Assembly: GCA_964524915.1 (NCBI GenBank) | Contig: CAZGEB010000003.1 | Coordinates: 3,263-57,268, forward strand | Direction of reading: 5' to 3' | Source of the DNA: an uncultured Candidatus Saccharibacteria bacterium | Lineage (GTDB): Bacteria > Patescibacteriota > Doudnabacteria > UBA920 | Length of the DNA: 54,006 nucleotides | Shown: in pieces, positions 41,904 to 51,187 of the stretch | Position numbering within the stretch: the stretch's first letter is position 1 | Layout of the letters: every line of letters starts with the position of its first letter | The notes under the pieces: generated by a model | What the model was told of the DNA's origin: nothing | Seen by the model: only the letters and a program-made list of their open reading frames with translations | The model's database searches: none | Made by a program: the position numbers and the translations under genes

Positions 41904-44900
41904 TTACCTGGTTTCTTTGATATCTGGTGCGGTAGCCCCACGCAAAACCAAAATAGCCGGAGTACGTCTATCACAAGGAACAGCTGGGTCGTCTACGCAT
42001 TGAAGACCTATATCTGGATAATTTATCCACGCTTCTGCTTGAAATCTATAAGCTCCCCCAGTAGCATTTGGGGCCAAAGTTTTGGCTTCCAAATTGAAAC
42101 TCCAAGTAGCACCAGCCACTAGCCCAGCGCCTTTTGGTGTAACACTAAAATCTAAAACATAAGGATTGCTACCACTTACAGTCACCCCACTCACTCCGCA
42201 ACTAGAGCTACACACAGGTACCACACTCCATGCGCCAGTTGCTGCAGTCAAATTCCTGACAGTCATCCGCACATCAAATGGTTCAGTATAGCTAGAAGTG
42301 CCGTTGTTGTGGAAATTTAGTTTCAGTTGAATAGCGTCTCCATCATAAATCGGCATAACTGATTGCGGACAGCCATTATCTGGATCACCACCAACTTTTG
42401 CGTCATTATCTGAAATAGCAGAATAACAAAGTGGAATACCACGCACAGCAGTGATGTCTAAGTTTGGCTGGGTACTACCTATAGTTACTGGTGGCGGAGG
42501 CGGAGGAGGCATAGCGCCTACGGTTACAAATTCGCTATCATTTAAAACAGTAATAGTAGTTGTTCCCGACTCAAAGCAAGTCAAACCAAATTCTACAGCT
42601 GGTGGAGAAGGAGTCAAAAGTGGTCCGGAATTTACTGGAGAAGAGCTGTTTGTGGCACCATTGGTAGCAAAAGGATAACTAGTAGTAGAAGCATAACACT
42701 GACTAGTATTTGTAGAAGTCCAAGTCAAATTTACAGAGCCGCCATAAGGCACAGAGTGGGTATCTACTACTAAATCCCATGTAGTTGCAACTGGTGGCAC
42801 CACAATCACAGTAATAGAGTCAGACACCGTAAGCCCAGCTCCGGTTACAAAATACTCAATGGTAAAAATTTTACCTGCCTGGCAAGCTTTGACTACAGCA
42901 CCCAGACTTTGCCCGGCACTATTCCCAGCCACCCATGCACCACTTGGCGGTACCCCACCCGGGACCACAGTATCACAATACCTTACAGCCGGGTTTACAC
43001 TATAAGTAGAAGAAAAAGCTGTGCCATTTTCTGAGGACCATTGATAATTCAAGACTGTCCCAGGAGTTACGGTCACGGTTTTTGACCAACTAGCACTGCC
43101 AGCAACTTGAACTTCTAGTTTTGCCTTAGGCGTACCAGCTGGAGGATTTCCCACGGTCACAGTTTCGGTGTCGTAAACTTGATTACCAGTACCACTTTCT
43201 AGACAAACCAAAGTAAATGTAGTTGGGTTGGTAGTGAGTGATCCTGAATTTACAGGGGATGAACTATTTGTGCCACTTGCAGGAAAATCACCACTACTAC
43301 AAGAAGAAGTATTTGTAGAAGTCCAAGTCAAGTTTACAGAGCCACCCCACGCAACAGAGTTGCTACTTACAGATAAATTCACAGAAGTTACAGGAGCTGG
43401 AGGTGGTGGAGGTGGCGGTAAACTAGAGACTGTTATAGAAACCGGAACGCTGACTGGAGCATAATAGCTCATAGTACTCAAACATGTCACAGAATAATTA
43501 TACGTGCCTGTTGTGAAAGGACCCACTGTATCCGCCCCACTACTAGCGCCACCAGTAGAAAAACCAGTCCCTGAACCACTACAACTAGCTATGGGACCAC
43601 TTCCCGAAACTGGACCCCAAGTCAAAACAGAAGAATTCAAAGGCGACATTCCAGAAGAAGGATTGGCATCCAAGAAAATATTTGGCCCTGCTACTACGTC
43701 TACACTACAATTACCACTTAAGCCTGCAGATGTCACGGTAACAGTTTTAAGTCCGCTGGTGTTATAAGAAACCGAGCTACCACTTCCAGAGCCGCTACCT
43801 AAATTGCCACCAGGAGCAGACCAGGTGTAGGTATTATTTCCACCTGAAGCAGAAAGACCAGCTGTTTCACCTATTGCCACAGAAGAAGGATTTGCGGAAC
43901 AGCTTGGTGCGCCCACAGGTGGTGGAGGTGGTGGAGGTGGTGCGGGAGGATTTGTGATAGTCGCAGACACTGTATCTGAACTTGCACCATAGCTATTTGT
44001 ACAGGTCAAGGTATAACTATAAAAATCAGCGGGCTGATTATAAAAAGTTTCGCCACCAACTGAAGAAGATTTAGTACCAGACCAAGACCCGCTAGCAACA
44101 CAGGAGATTGGCGCCGTACCAGACACAGGACCCCAACTTAATGTGATATTGTTTGGAGCAAGGGCAGTTGTTGGATTGAGAGAAATATTTAAAGATACCG
44201 TCGGCGCTACACCAGCTGGTGGGGGTGGTGGAGGAGGTGGGTTTACGCTTACAGAGTCTGAAGCAGAAACCACATCGTCTTGATCTGTACAAACAACCAC
44301 AAAAGTATAAGGACTACCAGAATTTAAAAGAGTGCTGGATGTAGCATATCCGGTCACGCCACCACCAGACATACTCCAAGGACCACCACCAGAATGACAC
44401 TCCATCGGTGACTGTGCATTTAGTGTGGTCCAATTCAAACTAGAAGTTTGGCCATTATTTACTGGAGAAGTAGCCGACAAACTTACTGACATGTGAATAG
44501 CCGCTGGTGGGGGTGGTGGTGGAAGCGCATTCACAGTAATCGTCTCACTATCACACCCACTTGAAGTTGCCATATTTCCACAGGTGCCGCCTGGTCCAGT
44601 ACAAGCACCACTAATAGTAATAGAACCAGGTGTATTTAAAGCACCTGTATCATAATTAGTACCACCAGTGCCACCCCAAGAACCACCATTTAAACTACAA
44701 CTGGTGGCATTAGTAGAAGACCAGCTGACAAGAGAGTGCCCGCCCACAAGGACGCTCGTGGGGTTTGCTGTAATAGTAAGAGTTGGAAGAGGCTGGGCTG
44801 GATTGGAAGCCATCACAGAAGCAGCGGCACTGGCCACACCCGCTGAGTTCATACAAGTAATATCAAAAGTATAAGTACCTGGGCTGGAAAAAGTTAGAGT

Positions 44901-46394
44901 TTGACTACTATCACTGCCAGAAGGAGCAAAGCCATTTCCACCACCATAAGTAGAAATAGTTGAGCCATTTGTGCAAGTCCATTTCAAACTACTAGGAAAT
45001 GTAACTGTTCCACCAGTCGGATCTGCTGTCAGTGTGGCAGTTGGTGGTGACTGCGTTGGAGGAGGAGCTGAAATATACACATCGCACGCACTAGAAACAC
45101 TTTCATAAACAGCCACGACAGTGTGAATACCAGTTGTACCAAAACTAGTTGGGTGACTAGAACCACTACCATCCGGGGCGCCATCCTTAAACCAATTAAT
45201 AGCAGATCCAGTGCCGCCAGATTTAGTGGCACTGAAAGACAGTGTTTGGCCTGTTTGTCCACTGGTGGGGCCACTGCAGGTGACGAAAGGAGGGGGTAAG
45301 CTTACCGTAATCGTAACACTACCTGTGCCAGTACCACCTGGACCAACACAAGTTCCGGAAATAGTTATGGCACTAGATAAAGCTCCGGTATTGTAGCCAC
45401 TACCAGAAGTGCCATTCCAAGCACCACCGTTTAAGCTACAGCTAGTGGCATCTGTGGATGTCCAACTCACAGAAGAATTGTATCCAGATGCTGCATTTAC
45501 TGGATTTGGATTTGCTGTAATAGTAAGGGTCGGAGCAGGCTGCGTTGGAGGAGGTTCTGAAATATACACATCGCAAGCACTGGAAACACTTTCATAAACA
45601 GCTGTAACAACATGTATGCCGGTTGTATCAAAACTTGTTGGGTAGCTATTACCACTACCGCCCTGCATACCATCCTTAAACCAATTAACAGCGGATCCAC
45701 TGCCACCAGATTTAGTAGCACTGAAAGACAGTGTTTGCCCTTTTAATCCGCTGGTGGGGCCGCTGCAGGTGACGAAAGGAGGGGTGGGTTGTGGTGGTGG
45801 AGAAACTGGGCTTGTAGCAGAAACAGCAGTTGTGGCAGTACCAGTACCCGCAGAATTTAAACAAGTAATGTCAAAAAAATGATCACCAAAAGAATCCACA
45901 GTTACATTTTGAGAGCCGCCCGAACCAGATGGAGAAAAACCAAAAGGTCCACCAAAAGTGGCCACGGTGCCGCCATTACTACAGCTCCAAGACAAAGTAC
46001 TAGAATATGGATATGTACCACTAGAAGGACTAGCGGACAAACTAGCAACAGGAGGTTGTACTGATGGTGGTGGTGGAGGACCTGCCACACACGTACACCG
46101 CTGAATCGCCCCACAAAAATCGCTGCCGCAATACTGATAAGATACGTCTTGGCAAGCTGCTACTTGCCCACTACCACAGCTAGAGTCCAAACATGTTTCA
46201 TAAGTAAAACCACCGCATTCAAAATTTGGTCCACAAAAAGTCGGGCCACCATTATAGTTATCCCGACCAGTGGCACACCCTTCCACATCTGCATTGGTCG
46301 AACGAGCCAAAACGAAAAAACTCAAAAAGGCTAGGAAAAAGCTAGCCGCGAGCAAAACTCCTCTAAAACTAAATAGTTTTTGTTTCAAAGACAT
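41904..46394 (-). CDS. Giant secreted surface protein (1496 aa): Cys-rich head, about 12 Ig/PKD-like modules joined by poly-Pro linkers, DUF11-like C-terminal module
   Basis: Signal peptide (LLAASFFLAFLSFFVLARS) and a Cys-rich N-domain (CATGRDNYNGGPTFCGPNFECGG..). Repeated modules contain LSW/LNW..C..G motifs separated by PPPPPP runs. Internal DNA repeats are present. Confidence 0.85.
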   Translation of the reverse strand: MSLKQKLFSFRGVLLAASFFLAFLSFFVLARSTNADVEGCATGRDNYNGGPTFCGPNFECGGFTYETCLDSSCGSGQVAACQDVSYQYCGSDFCGAIQRCTCVAGPPPPPSVQPPVASLSASPSSGTYPYSSTLSWSCSNGGTVATFGGPFGFSPSGSGGSQNVTVDSFGDHFFDITCLNSAGTGTATTAVSATSPVSPPPQPTPPFVTCSGPTSGLKGQTLSFSATKSGGSGSAVNWFKDGMQGGSGNSYPTSFDTTGIHVVTAVYESVSSACDVYISEPPPTQPAPTLTITANPNPVNAASGYNSSVSWTSTDATSCSLNGGAWNGTSGSGYNTGALSSAITISGTCVGPGGTGTGSVTITVSLPPPFVTCSGPTSGQTGQTLSFSATKSGGTGSAINWFKDGAPDGSGSSHPTSFGTTGIHTVVAVYESVSSACDVYISAPPPTQSPPTATLTADPTGGTVTFPSSLKWTCTNGSTISTYGGGNGFAPSGSDSSQTLTFSSPGTYTFDITCMNSAGVASAAASVMASNPAQPLPTLTITANPTSVLVGGHSLVSWSSTNATSCSLNGGSWGGTGGTNYDTGALNTPGSITISGACTGPGGTCGNMATSSGCDSETITVNALPPPPPPAAIHMSVSLSATSPVNNGQTSSLNWTTLNAQSPMECHSGGGPWSMSGGGVTGYATSSTLLNSGSPYTFVVVCTDQDDVVSASDSVSVNPPPPPPPPAGVAPTVSLNISLNPTTALAPNNITLSWGPVSGTAPISCVASGSWSGTKSSSVGGETFYNQPADFYSYTLTCTNSYGASSDTVSATITNPPAPPPPPPPPVGAPSCSANPSSVAIGETAGLSASGGNNTYTWSAPGGNLGSGSGSGSSVSYNTSGLKTVTVTSAGLSGNCSVDVVAGPNIFLDANPSSGMSPLNSSVLTWGPVSGSGPIASCSGSGTGFSTGGASSGADTVGPFTTGTYNYSVTCLSTMSYYAPVSVPVSITVSSLPPPPPPPAPVTSVNLSVSSNSVAWGGSVNLTWTSTNTSSCSSGDFPASGTNSSSPVNSGSLTTNPTTFTLVCLESGTGNQVYDTETVTVGNPPAGTPKAKLEVQVAGSASWSKTVTVTPGTVLNYQWSSENGTAFSSTYSVNPAVRYCDTVVPGGVPPSGAWVAGNSAGQSLGAVVKACQAGKIFTIEYFVTGAGLTVSDSITVIVVPPVATTWDLVVDTHSVPYGGSVNLTWTSTNTSQCYASTTSYPFATNGATNSSSPVNSGPLLTPSPPAVEFGLTCFESGTTTITVLNDSEFVTVGAMPPPPPPPVTIGSTQPNLDITAVRGIPLCYSAISDNDAKVGGDPDNGCPQSVMPIYDGDAIQLKLNFHNNGTSSYTEPFDVRMTVRNLTAATGAWSVVPVCSSSCGVSGVTVSGSNPYVLDFSVTPKGAGLVAGATWSFNLEAKTLAPNATGGAYRFQAEAWINYPDIGLQCVDDPAVPCDRRTPAILVLRGATAPDIKETR
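45051..45297 (-). repeat. Internal ~247-bp repeat copy 1 within the giant surface protein gene
   Basis: It starts TGCGTTGGAGGAGG and ends GCAGGTGACGAAAGGAGGGG. It encodes PPFVTCSGPTSG..SFSATKSGG..NWFKDG..VYESVSSACDVYIS. Confidence 0.85.
45541..45786 (-). repeat. Internal ~247-bp repeat copy 2 (offset 490 bp)
   Basis: It has the same boundaries as copy 1. By eye the two copies are roughly 80-85 percent identical, with substitutions involving all four bases. Confidence 0.85.
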
Positions 46395-46466
46395 TTATAC
46401 AAAACAAAACACAATACAGTGGATATAATTTATTATACCACGACCATAATTTGTCAATATAAAAAA

Positions 46467-47459
46467 TTAGTTTTTTGCCAAGTTTACAGGCTTAGCCTCT
46501 TCGGCTTTTAATCTGTCCACGATCTTCAAATATTTACCCCTAAGTTCAAGCAACCAATTTATATATTTTCCTATGACCACATCGCTTTTGCGTGCCTGGT
46601 AAAGCTCAGTAGATTTGTCTATTAAATAATTCAAAAACCCCACAGTCCCCAATTCGTAAACAACTGAATGCTTGGGTTGTTCTAGGAAAACACCAGGCAT
46701 ATGCAATACTTCATGAGCCGCATGAAGACCAAAACCTCCTCTTACTGGAAGAATAAAATCTGGAGTGGCCATGCTGGCAGAAAGCTGATAAAAATTTGGT
46801 CCACTGACCACACCAGAAGTGGTTAATGCATTTCCTGGAGGCGGCATCCTATTATCAAGATTTATAGTAACCAGGTCAGAGGTAGAAAAAGCTGGATTCA
46901 TTCGCCTTTTTTCTACCTCTCTAACCTTCTCAACCTGACTAGCTTTTGAATACATAGAATCCACCCATGCTGGCATATGTGACACAGCAGTAATATTAAA
47001 TTTGGGAATGTTTATGATCCCCTGATTATCCGGAGTATTTTCTAGCTGCTGCCTAATACACAGATCTCGCAAATACTCCAAGGCCATACTCACACCACTC
47101 GATATTTCATTTTGCAAAAACTCTGCGGCGGGCAATTCACCTGGATACTTTTTTGGTACAAACAATTTAGCCATATTATCAGGCAAAGTATATTTTAAGG
47201 CAGTATCAGGATTGTCGTCCAAAGTATGCCTAGCACCAGAAGAAGCTAATTCCTTAAATTTAGCTTCGGTATTACCCTCGGAGGATTCCAAACTTGCAAA
47301 AGACACCTCAGCCGCAGAAACAGGCTTTATAGAATCACAGCCAGAAGCAAAAATATCTACCGCAACAACTGTAAAAACACCAAACGTGATCTTGCGGCGT
47401 TGTTGCCCAAAATCAGACAGACCATGCTCACCACCAGCTTGTCTTCCCGTACCTTCCAT
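46467..47459 (-). CDS. Putative zincin-like lipoprotein (HExxH)
   Basis: Lipobox-like IFASGC after a hydrophobic segment, plus an HEVLH motif (GLHAAHEVLHMPG). It lies immediately upstream of the giant surface protein gene. Confidence 0.55.
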   Translation of the reverse strand: MEGTGRQAGGEHGLSDFGQQRRKITFGVFTVVAVDIFASGCDSIKPVSAAEVSFASLESSEGNTEAKFKELASSGARHTLDDNPDTALKYTLPDNMAKLFVPKKYPGELPAAEFLQNEISSGVSMALEYLRDLCIRQQLENTPDNQGIINIPKFNITAVSHMPAWVDSMYSKASQVEKVREVEKRRMNPAFSTSDLVTINLDNRMPPPGNALTTSGVVSGPNFYQLSASMATPDFILPVRGGFGLHAAHEVLHMPGVFLEQPKHSVVYELGTVGFLNYLIDKSTELYQARKSDVVIGKYINWLLELRGKYLKIVDRLKAEEAKPVNLAKN

Positions 47460-47490
47460 AAAATAAAAGTTTATGCTTATAAATACACAA

Positions 47491-47521
47491 AATCCCGCAA
47501 GGACGCGGGATTTTTATTTTT
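47491..47521. terminator. Terminator/attenuator-like hairpin between promoter 47660-47688 and ORF 47459
   Basis: AATCCCGC-AAGGAC-GCGGGATT, with a T-run on the plus strand (TTTTTATTTTTT) and TTTTGTGTATTT on the minus strand. Confidence 0.55.
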
Positions 47522-47630
47522 TAATTTTGGCAGTAGCAGGCACAAACAAGCTCAAGCGTCTTTCAAAAAAAATTTCAAAAGACAAGAAAAGTTGTCCGCC
47601 GCCCACAAGTTGAAAAGGATATTTTTCCAC
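47514..47630 (-). CDS. Possible 38-aa leader/micro-ORF between a consensus promoter and a terminator hairpin
   Basis: GTG start at 47630, peptide (M)EKYPFQLVGGGQLFLSFEIFFERRLSLFVPATAKIKK, and a TAA abutting the hairpin at 47491-47512. The SD is weak. Confidence 0.2.
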   Translation of the reverse strand: MEKYPFQLVGGGQLFLSFEIFFERRLSLFVPATAKIKK

Positions 47631-47659
47631 TTCTCTACCAATTAAAGTATATTAGATAT

Positions 47660-47688
47660 ATTGTAGTACAAAATATATATTTTGTCAA
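47660..47688 (-). promoter_or_regulatory. Consensus promoter upstream of the HExxH lipoprotein / giant surface protein genes
   Basis: The minus strand reads TTGACA-N17-TACAAT (-35 at 47683-47688, -10 at 47660-47665). Confidence 0.65.
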
Positions 47689-47744
47689 TAGAAAATGCTA
47701 ATTTAAAGCTCAGATAAGCCATAAAATGGCTATAACTCAAAAGC

Positions 47745-49214
47745 CTAAAGTCTTGGGAATAGTCCGATTTCTGGTTTTTTGTTCTCTACTATATATTTAT
47801 GCAGCGCTGCATAAGTAGCTGGCAAAAAAAGACTTAAATGTTCATTAATGGAATAGAGTTCGACGACAGATTTACAGATCACTTCCCTACCCTTTTGTTC
47901 GTCCACTTTTATTACTTTAAATGGTTCTTGCTCAGAAATATATTCATTGAGTAAATCTATTTTTTTCCAAACCAAATCCAAAGCTTTTCCAAATTCACCA
48001 CTTTCTAAATATTCCACAAAATCTGGTTCAGGTACAACCTCTTCAAAAGTTTGTGGGGCCAAATATTTTTCCGATAAGTTCAAAATTCTACTAGCAAGGT
48101 TGCCGAGCCCATTGACCAAATGTGCTGTGTAATATTCATGGAACATCTCCATAGACATTTCCCCATCTTCAAAAGCTGGGATATGACGAAGTAAGAAATA
48201 CCTCAAGGCGTCTGTGCCGTATTTCTCCACAACATCAAAGGGAGAAATGACATTGCCCAAAGATTTGCTCATTTTCACACCACCACTGCCATTGATAAAA
48301 CCATTGATGCGAATTTTTTTAGTAGTTGGAAGTCCTGCTGCCATCAGCATCGCCTGCCACATAGCGGACTGCTGTCTTAGGTTATCTTTGCCAGCATATT
48401 GAAAAGCCTGACCTTGTTTCCAATATTTTTCAAAATTTTCTGTATCCTCAGGCCAGCCCAAAGTAGAAATGTAGTTCACCAAAGCATCAAACCACACATA
48501 CATGACATGCTCATCATCACCGGGTACTGGTATACCCCAAGGCATTTTGGTTTTCAAGCGCGAAATAGAAAAATCCTGCAGTTCCCCTTGCACAAAAGAC
48601 TTGATTTCTTTAAACCTGCCCGGACCCATGACATATTCTGAATCGCTTGCGTACAGGTCTTGCAATTTTTGTGTAAATTTAGAAAAAAGAAAAAAGTAAT
48701 TTTCTTCATCTACTATTTCTATTTCTCTAGAAGGATGTAAAGGACATTTGCCGTCCACCAGCTCAGAATCTTTTTTCTCTAACTCACAACCTACGCAATA
48801 TTTAGCACTGTATGCTCTTTTTTCTATATAGCCATTGGCTTTTACTAAATCCCAAAAATATTGAGCTGCTTTTATGTGATGCGCGTCAGTAGTGCGAATA
48901 AAATGCACGTCCTTGCTAATCCCCAAAAGAGGAATGAGTTTTTTGTATTCTTCTGCAAGCCCATCACAATACTCCTGAACTCCCACACCTTTTTCTTTGG
49001 CGGATTCATAAATCTTTTGTCCATGCTCGTCTGTACCGGTATTGAAAAATACTTCCCTACCACGTAAATGTGCGTATCTCGCCAGTACATCAGCACGAAT
49101 AAATTCCATAGCAAAACCCACGTGTGGTTTTGCATTTATATATGGCAAAGTAGTAGTGATATAAACTGCACTTTCCCCCAAACTTCTAGAAGCGTCTGTG
49201 AAGTGTAAAGGCAT
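47745..49214 (-). CDS. metG: Methionyl-tRNA synthetase (catalytic core form)
   Basis: ITTTLPYINAKPHVGFA (HIGH region reads HVGF), a Zn knuckle CVGC..CPLH, and KMSKSLGN. Confidence 0.9.
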   Translation of the reverse strand: MPLHFTDASRSLGESAVYITTTLPYINAKPHVGFAMEFIRADVLARYAHLRGREVFFNTGTDEHGQKIYESAKEKGVGVQEYCDGLAEEYKKLIPLLGISKDVHFIRTTDAHHIKAAQYFWDLVKANGYIEKRAYSAKYCVGCELEKKDSELVDGKCPLHPSREIEIVDEENYFFLFSKFTQKLQDLYASDSEYVMGPGRFKEIKSFVQGELQDFSISRLKTKMPWGIPVPGDDEHVMYVWFDALVNYISTLGWPEDTENFEKYWKQGQAFQYAGKDNLRQQSAMWQAMLMAAGLPTTKKIRINGFINGSGGVKMSKSLGNVISPFDVVEKYGTDALRYFLLRHIPAFEDGEMSMEMFHEYYTAHLVNGLGNLASRILNLSEKYLAPQTFEEVVPEPDFVEYLESGEFGKALDLVWKKIDLLNEYISEQEPFKVIKVDEQKGREVICKSVVELYSINEHLSLFLPATYAALHKYIVENKKPEIGLFPRL

Positions 49215-49245
49215 CTTTTTCAGTTTTTAAATATATGTAAGTATT

Positions 49246-51162
49246 TTAACGAATTTCTTCGTATTTGGGTACCCCCAAATTTCGAACCACTGGGATGACT
49301 GGAGTTTTGAGGGCGCTAGAGGTAAAACCATTTAAATAAGCGGTGCTTTGCATACGGAAAATCTCCCCACTCCCCAAAGGTGCTACGGTTTTTCCAGTAA
49401 ACTCCACAGACCACACTCCACCTGAAGGCAAAGTCTTGCCACCTTGCGGCTCTAAGATAAACGACAAGGTGTTTGAACCTCTAGCGTAACTCGTAGAGCT
49501 GACGCGCAAGTCTTTGCACTCCACTTGGCTGTCGCCACACAAAACCCTAGCCCCCCAATCCAATTCTTTTTTGGCATTGACAGGACCAAGTCCAGTTAAG
49601 AGGACTTTCATAGAAATTTCTTCGGTATAATCAGCGGTACCACCATTTACAATATGAACCCGGAAAGACACTTGATCATTTTCGGCAATCGGCATGACCT
49701 TGGCCACCTCTGCATCACTTTGGAAATTGCGAATATGGGCAGGAGAAAAAATACTCACTCCACGCACGGAAACAATATCTTGATTTGATTGATTTAAATC
49801 TGGACCACAAGGCCAAACCACGGCCACTTGACCAGCTGGAAGTCTTGAAGTTTTACCGCCAGCAAAAGCTTCTATAGCATAAGAATACAAAGACTGCGGA
49901 CTTCCCGCTCCAGAAAGCTGGTTTGGCAAAAAGCCCAAGTGAACAGCTTTGGGATCACTTACAACCAAAGTCATGCCGCTGTCGGTGTTTATAATTCTAA
50001 ATCCTTCCACAGGAGCGGAAGTGGATGCTAATTTCCACACGGCCAAAAGTTCTCCACAGGGTACCTCACCATAACTTTGAGAAATGTTGCCAGGCACGGT
50101 CTTGGTGTTGTAAACAGCCGCTGATTCTAATTTTATATTGGAATCATCTGTATTGGAACAATCTTTTTCTTGCAAACTCACAGTAACGCTACCCAGCTCT
50201 AAATCTCCATCAAAAGGAGCAATTAGCTTGAGTATTGTACCGTTTTTTATAATATCACCAGTGTTATGAGTGGCTAGTGTGTTGGCTGGCACAGAAACTA
50301 CTACTGAATTATCAGAAACTCCAGCACCACCAAAAATACGCACCTCGGAAAACACATTGGCGTTGGCTCGCAAAACCAAACTACCAACAGTGTTACCCTT
50401 GCATACAGAAATAGAAGAAGGGGCATCCAAAAGACCAACCGCATCACCACGAACACTTAAAATAGCGCCGGATAAATTGCAACCAGTGGCTCCATTGGGC
50501 AAATTCCAACCTTTGCCAGATACTGTAGTGATACCTTTTTTCAAACCAATAATTTTTGCAGAAGAGCCGCTCGCATCAGTTACTTTGGCTACAACAGGAT
50601 TTTCTACTATGAATTGTCCGCCCGTCCAACCATCTGGGGCAAAAGCCGTAACATTATCACCCACCACTACTTCACTACTAGACAAAAAAACAGCAGCAAA
50701 AGAAGAAGGGCAATTCCCACCAGGAGGAGGGTTTATCGGTGGCGGTGGACCACCAGGTGGTGGGTTTGGAGGGCTTATGGGTGGAGGTGGAGGCATGCCA
50801 TCTGGATTACCATCATTTGATGCATTCGGTGCAAAACCAGCACAGCTTTCTTGAGTCCCAGCAAACCCAGGTATCTGATCAACTGAATAAGTATAAGAAT
50901 AATTTCCACCCTCTGGACCAAGAGTAGTTGGTCCACCAGAAATAAATCCTCGGGCATTTTGATCATTTGAACCAGTAGCACTAGTGGAATAACCAACTAT
51001 TTTAGTAGGATTAAATTGATCGTATATAGGCGTATGACTACATGAAATAGTAGCCTGAATAGTACCAGCGGCAGACAAAGGAGTCACTAAAACTCCAAAG
51101 GAAAGACAAGCTCCGATTATTGCAACCAAAAAATTGTAAATAGGATGGGACTTAAAATACAT
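49246..51162 (-). CDS. Secreted surface protein (638 aa) sharing its C-terminal module with the 1496-aa protein
   Basis: Signal peptide (FLVAIIGACLSFGVLVTPLSAAG) and a poly-Pro linker (PPPPPISPPNPPPGGPPPPINPPPGG). The C-terminal ~190 aa align with the end of ORF 41904..46394. The track start at 51210 is GTG, so ATG 51162 is used. Confidence 0.75.
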   Translation of the reverse strand: MYFKSHPIYNFLVAIIGACLSFGVLVTPLSAAGTIQATISCSHTPIYDQFNPTKIVGYSTSATGSNDQNARGFISGGPTTLGPEGGNYSYTYSVDQIPGFAGTQESCAGFAPNASNDGNPDGMPPPPPISPPNPPPGGPPPPINPPPGGNCPSSFAAVFLSSSEVVVGDNVTAFAPDGWTGGQFIVENPVVAKVTDASGSSAKIIGLKKGITTVSGKGWNLPNGATGCNLSGAILSVRGDAVGLLDAPSSISVCKGNTVGSLVLRANANVFSEVRIFGGAGVSDNSVVVSVPANTLATHNTGDIIKNGTILKLIAPFDGDLELGSVTVSLQEKDCSNTDDSNIKLESAAVYNTKTVPGNISQSYGEVPCGELLAVWKLASTSAPVEGFRIINTDSGMTLVVSDPKAVHLGFLPNQLSGAGSPQSLYSYAIEAFAGGKTSRLPAGQVAVVWPCGPDLNQSNQDIVSVRGVSIFSPAHIRNFQSDAEVAKVMPIAENDQVSFRVHIVNGGTADYTEEISMKVLLTGLGPVNAKKELDWGARVLCGDSQVECKDLRVSSTSYARGSNTLSFILEPQGGKTLPSGGVWSVEFTGKTVAPLGSGEIFRMQSTAYLNGFTSSALKTPVIPVVRNLGVPKYEEIR

Positions 51163-51187
51163 GCGATAAAATAATTTCAATAAAAAA

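Noticed and set aside
45051-45786. Repeat pair in the giant gene considered as a diversity-generating retroelement template/variable repeat pair
   Set aside because: No reverse transcriptase or Avd-like gene is nearby, both copies are coding, and the differences between copies involve all four bases rather than adenine-specific changes.
50270-50854. Plus-strand ORF of 194 aa with Gly runs (also 42451..42678, 43228..43464, 22671..23123)
   Set aside because: The Gly runs are the antisense reading of poly-Pro linkers in the surface-protein genes. All are shadow ORFs.
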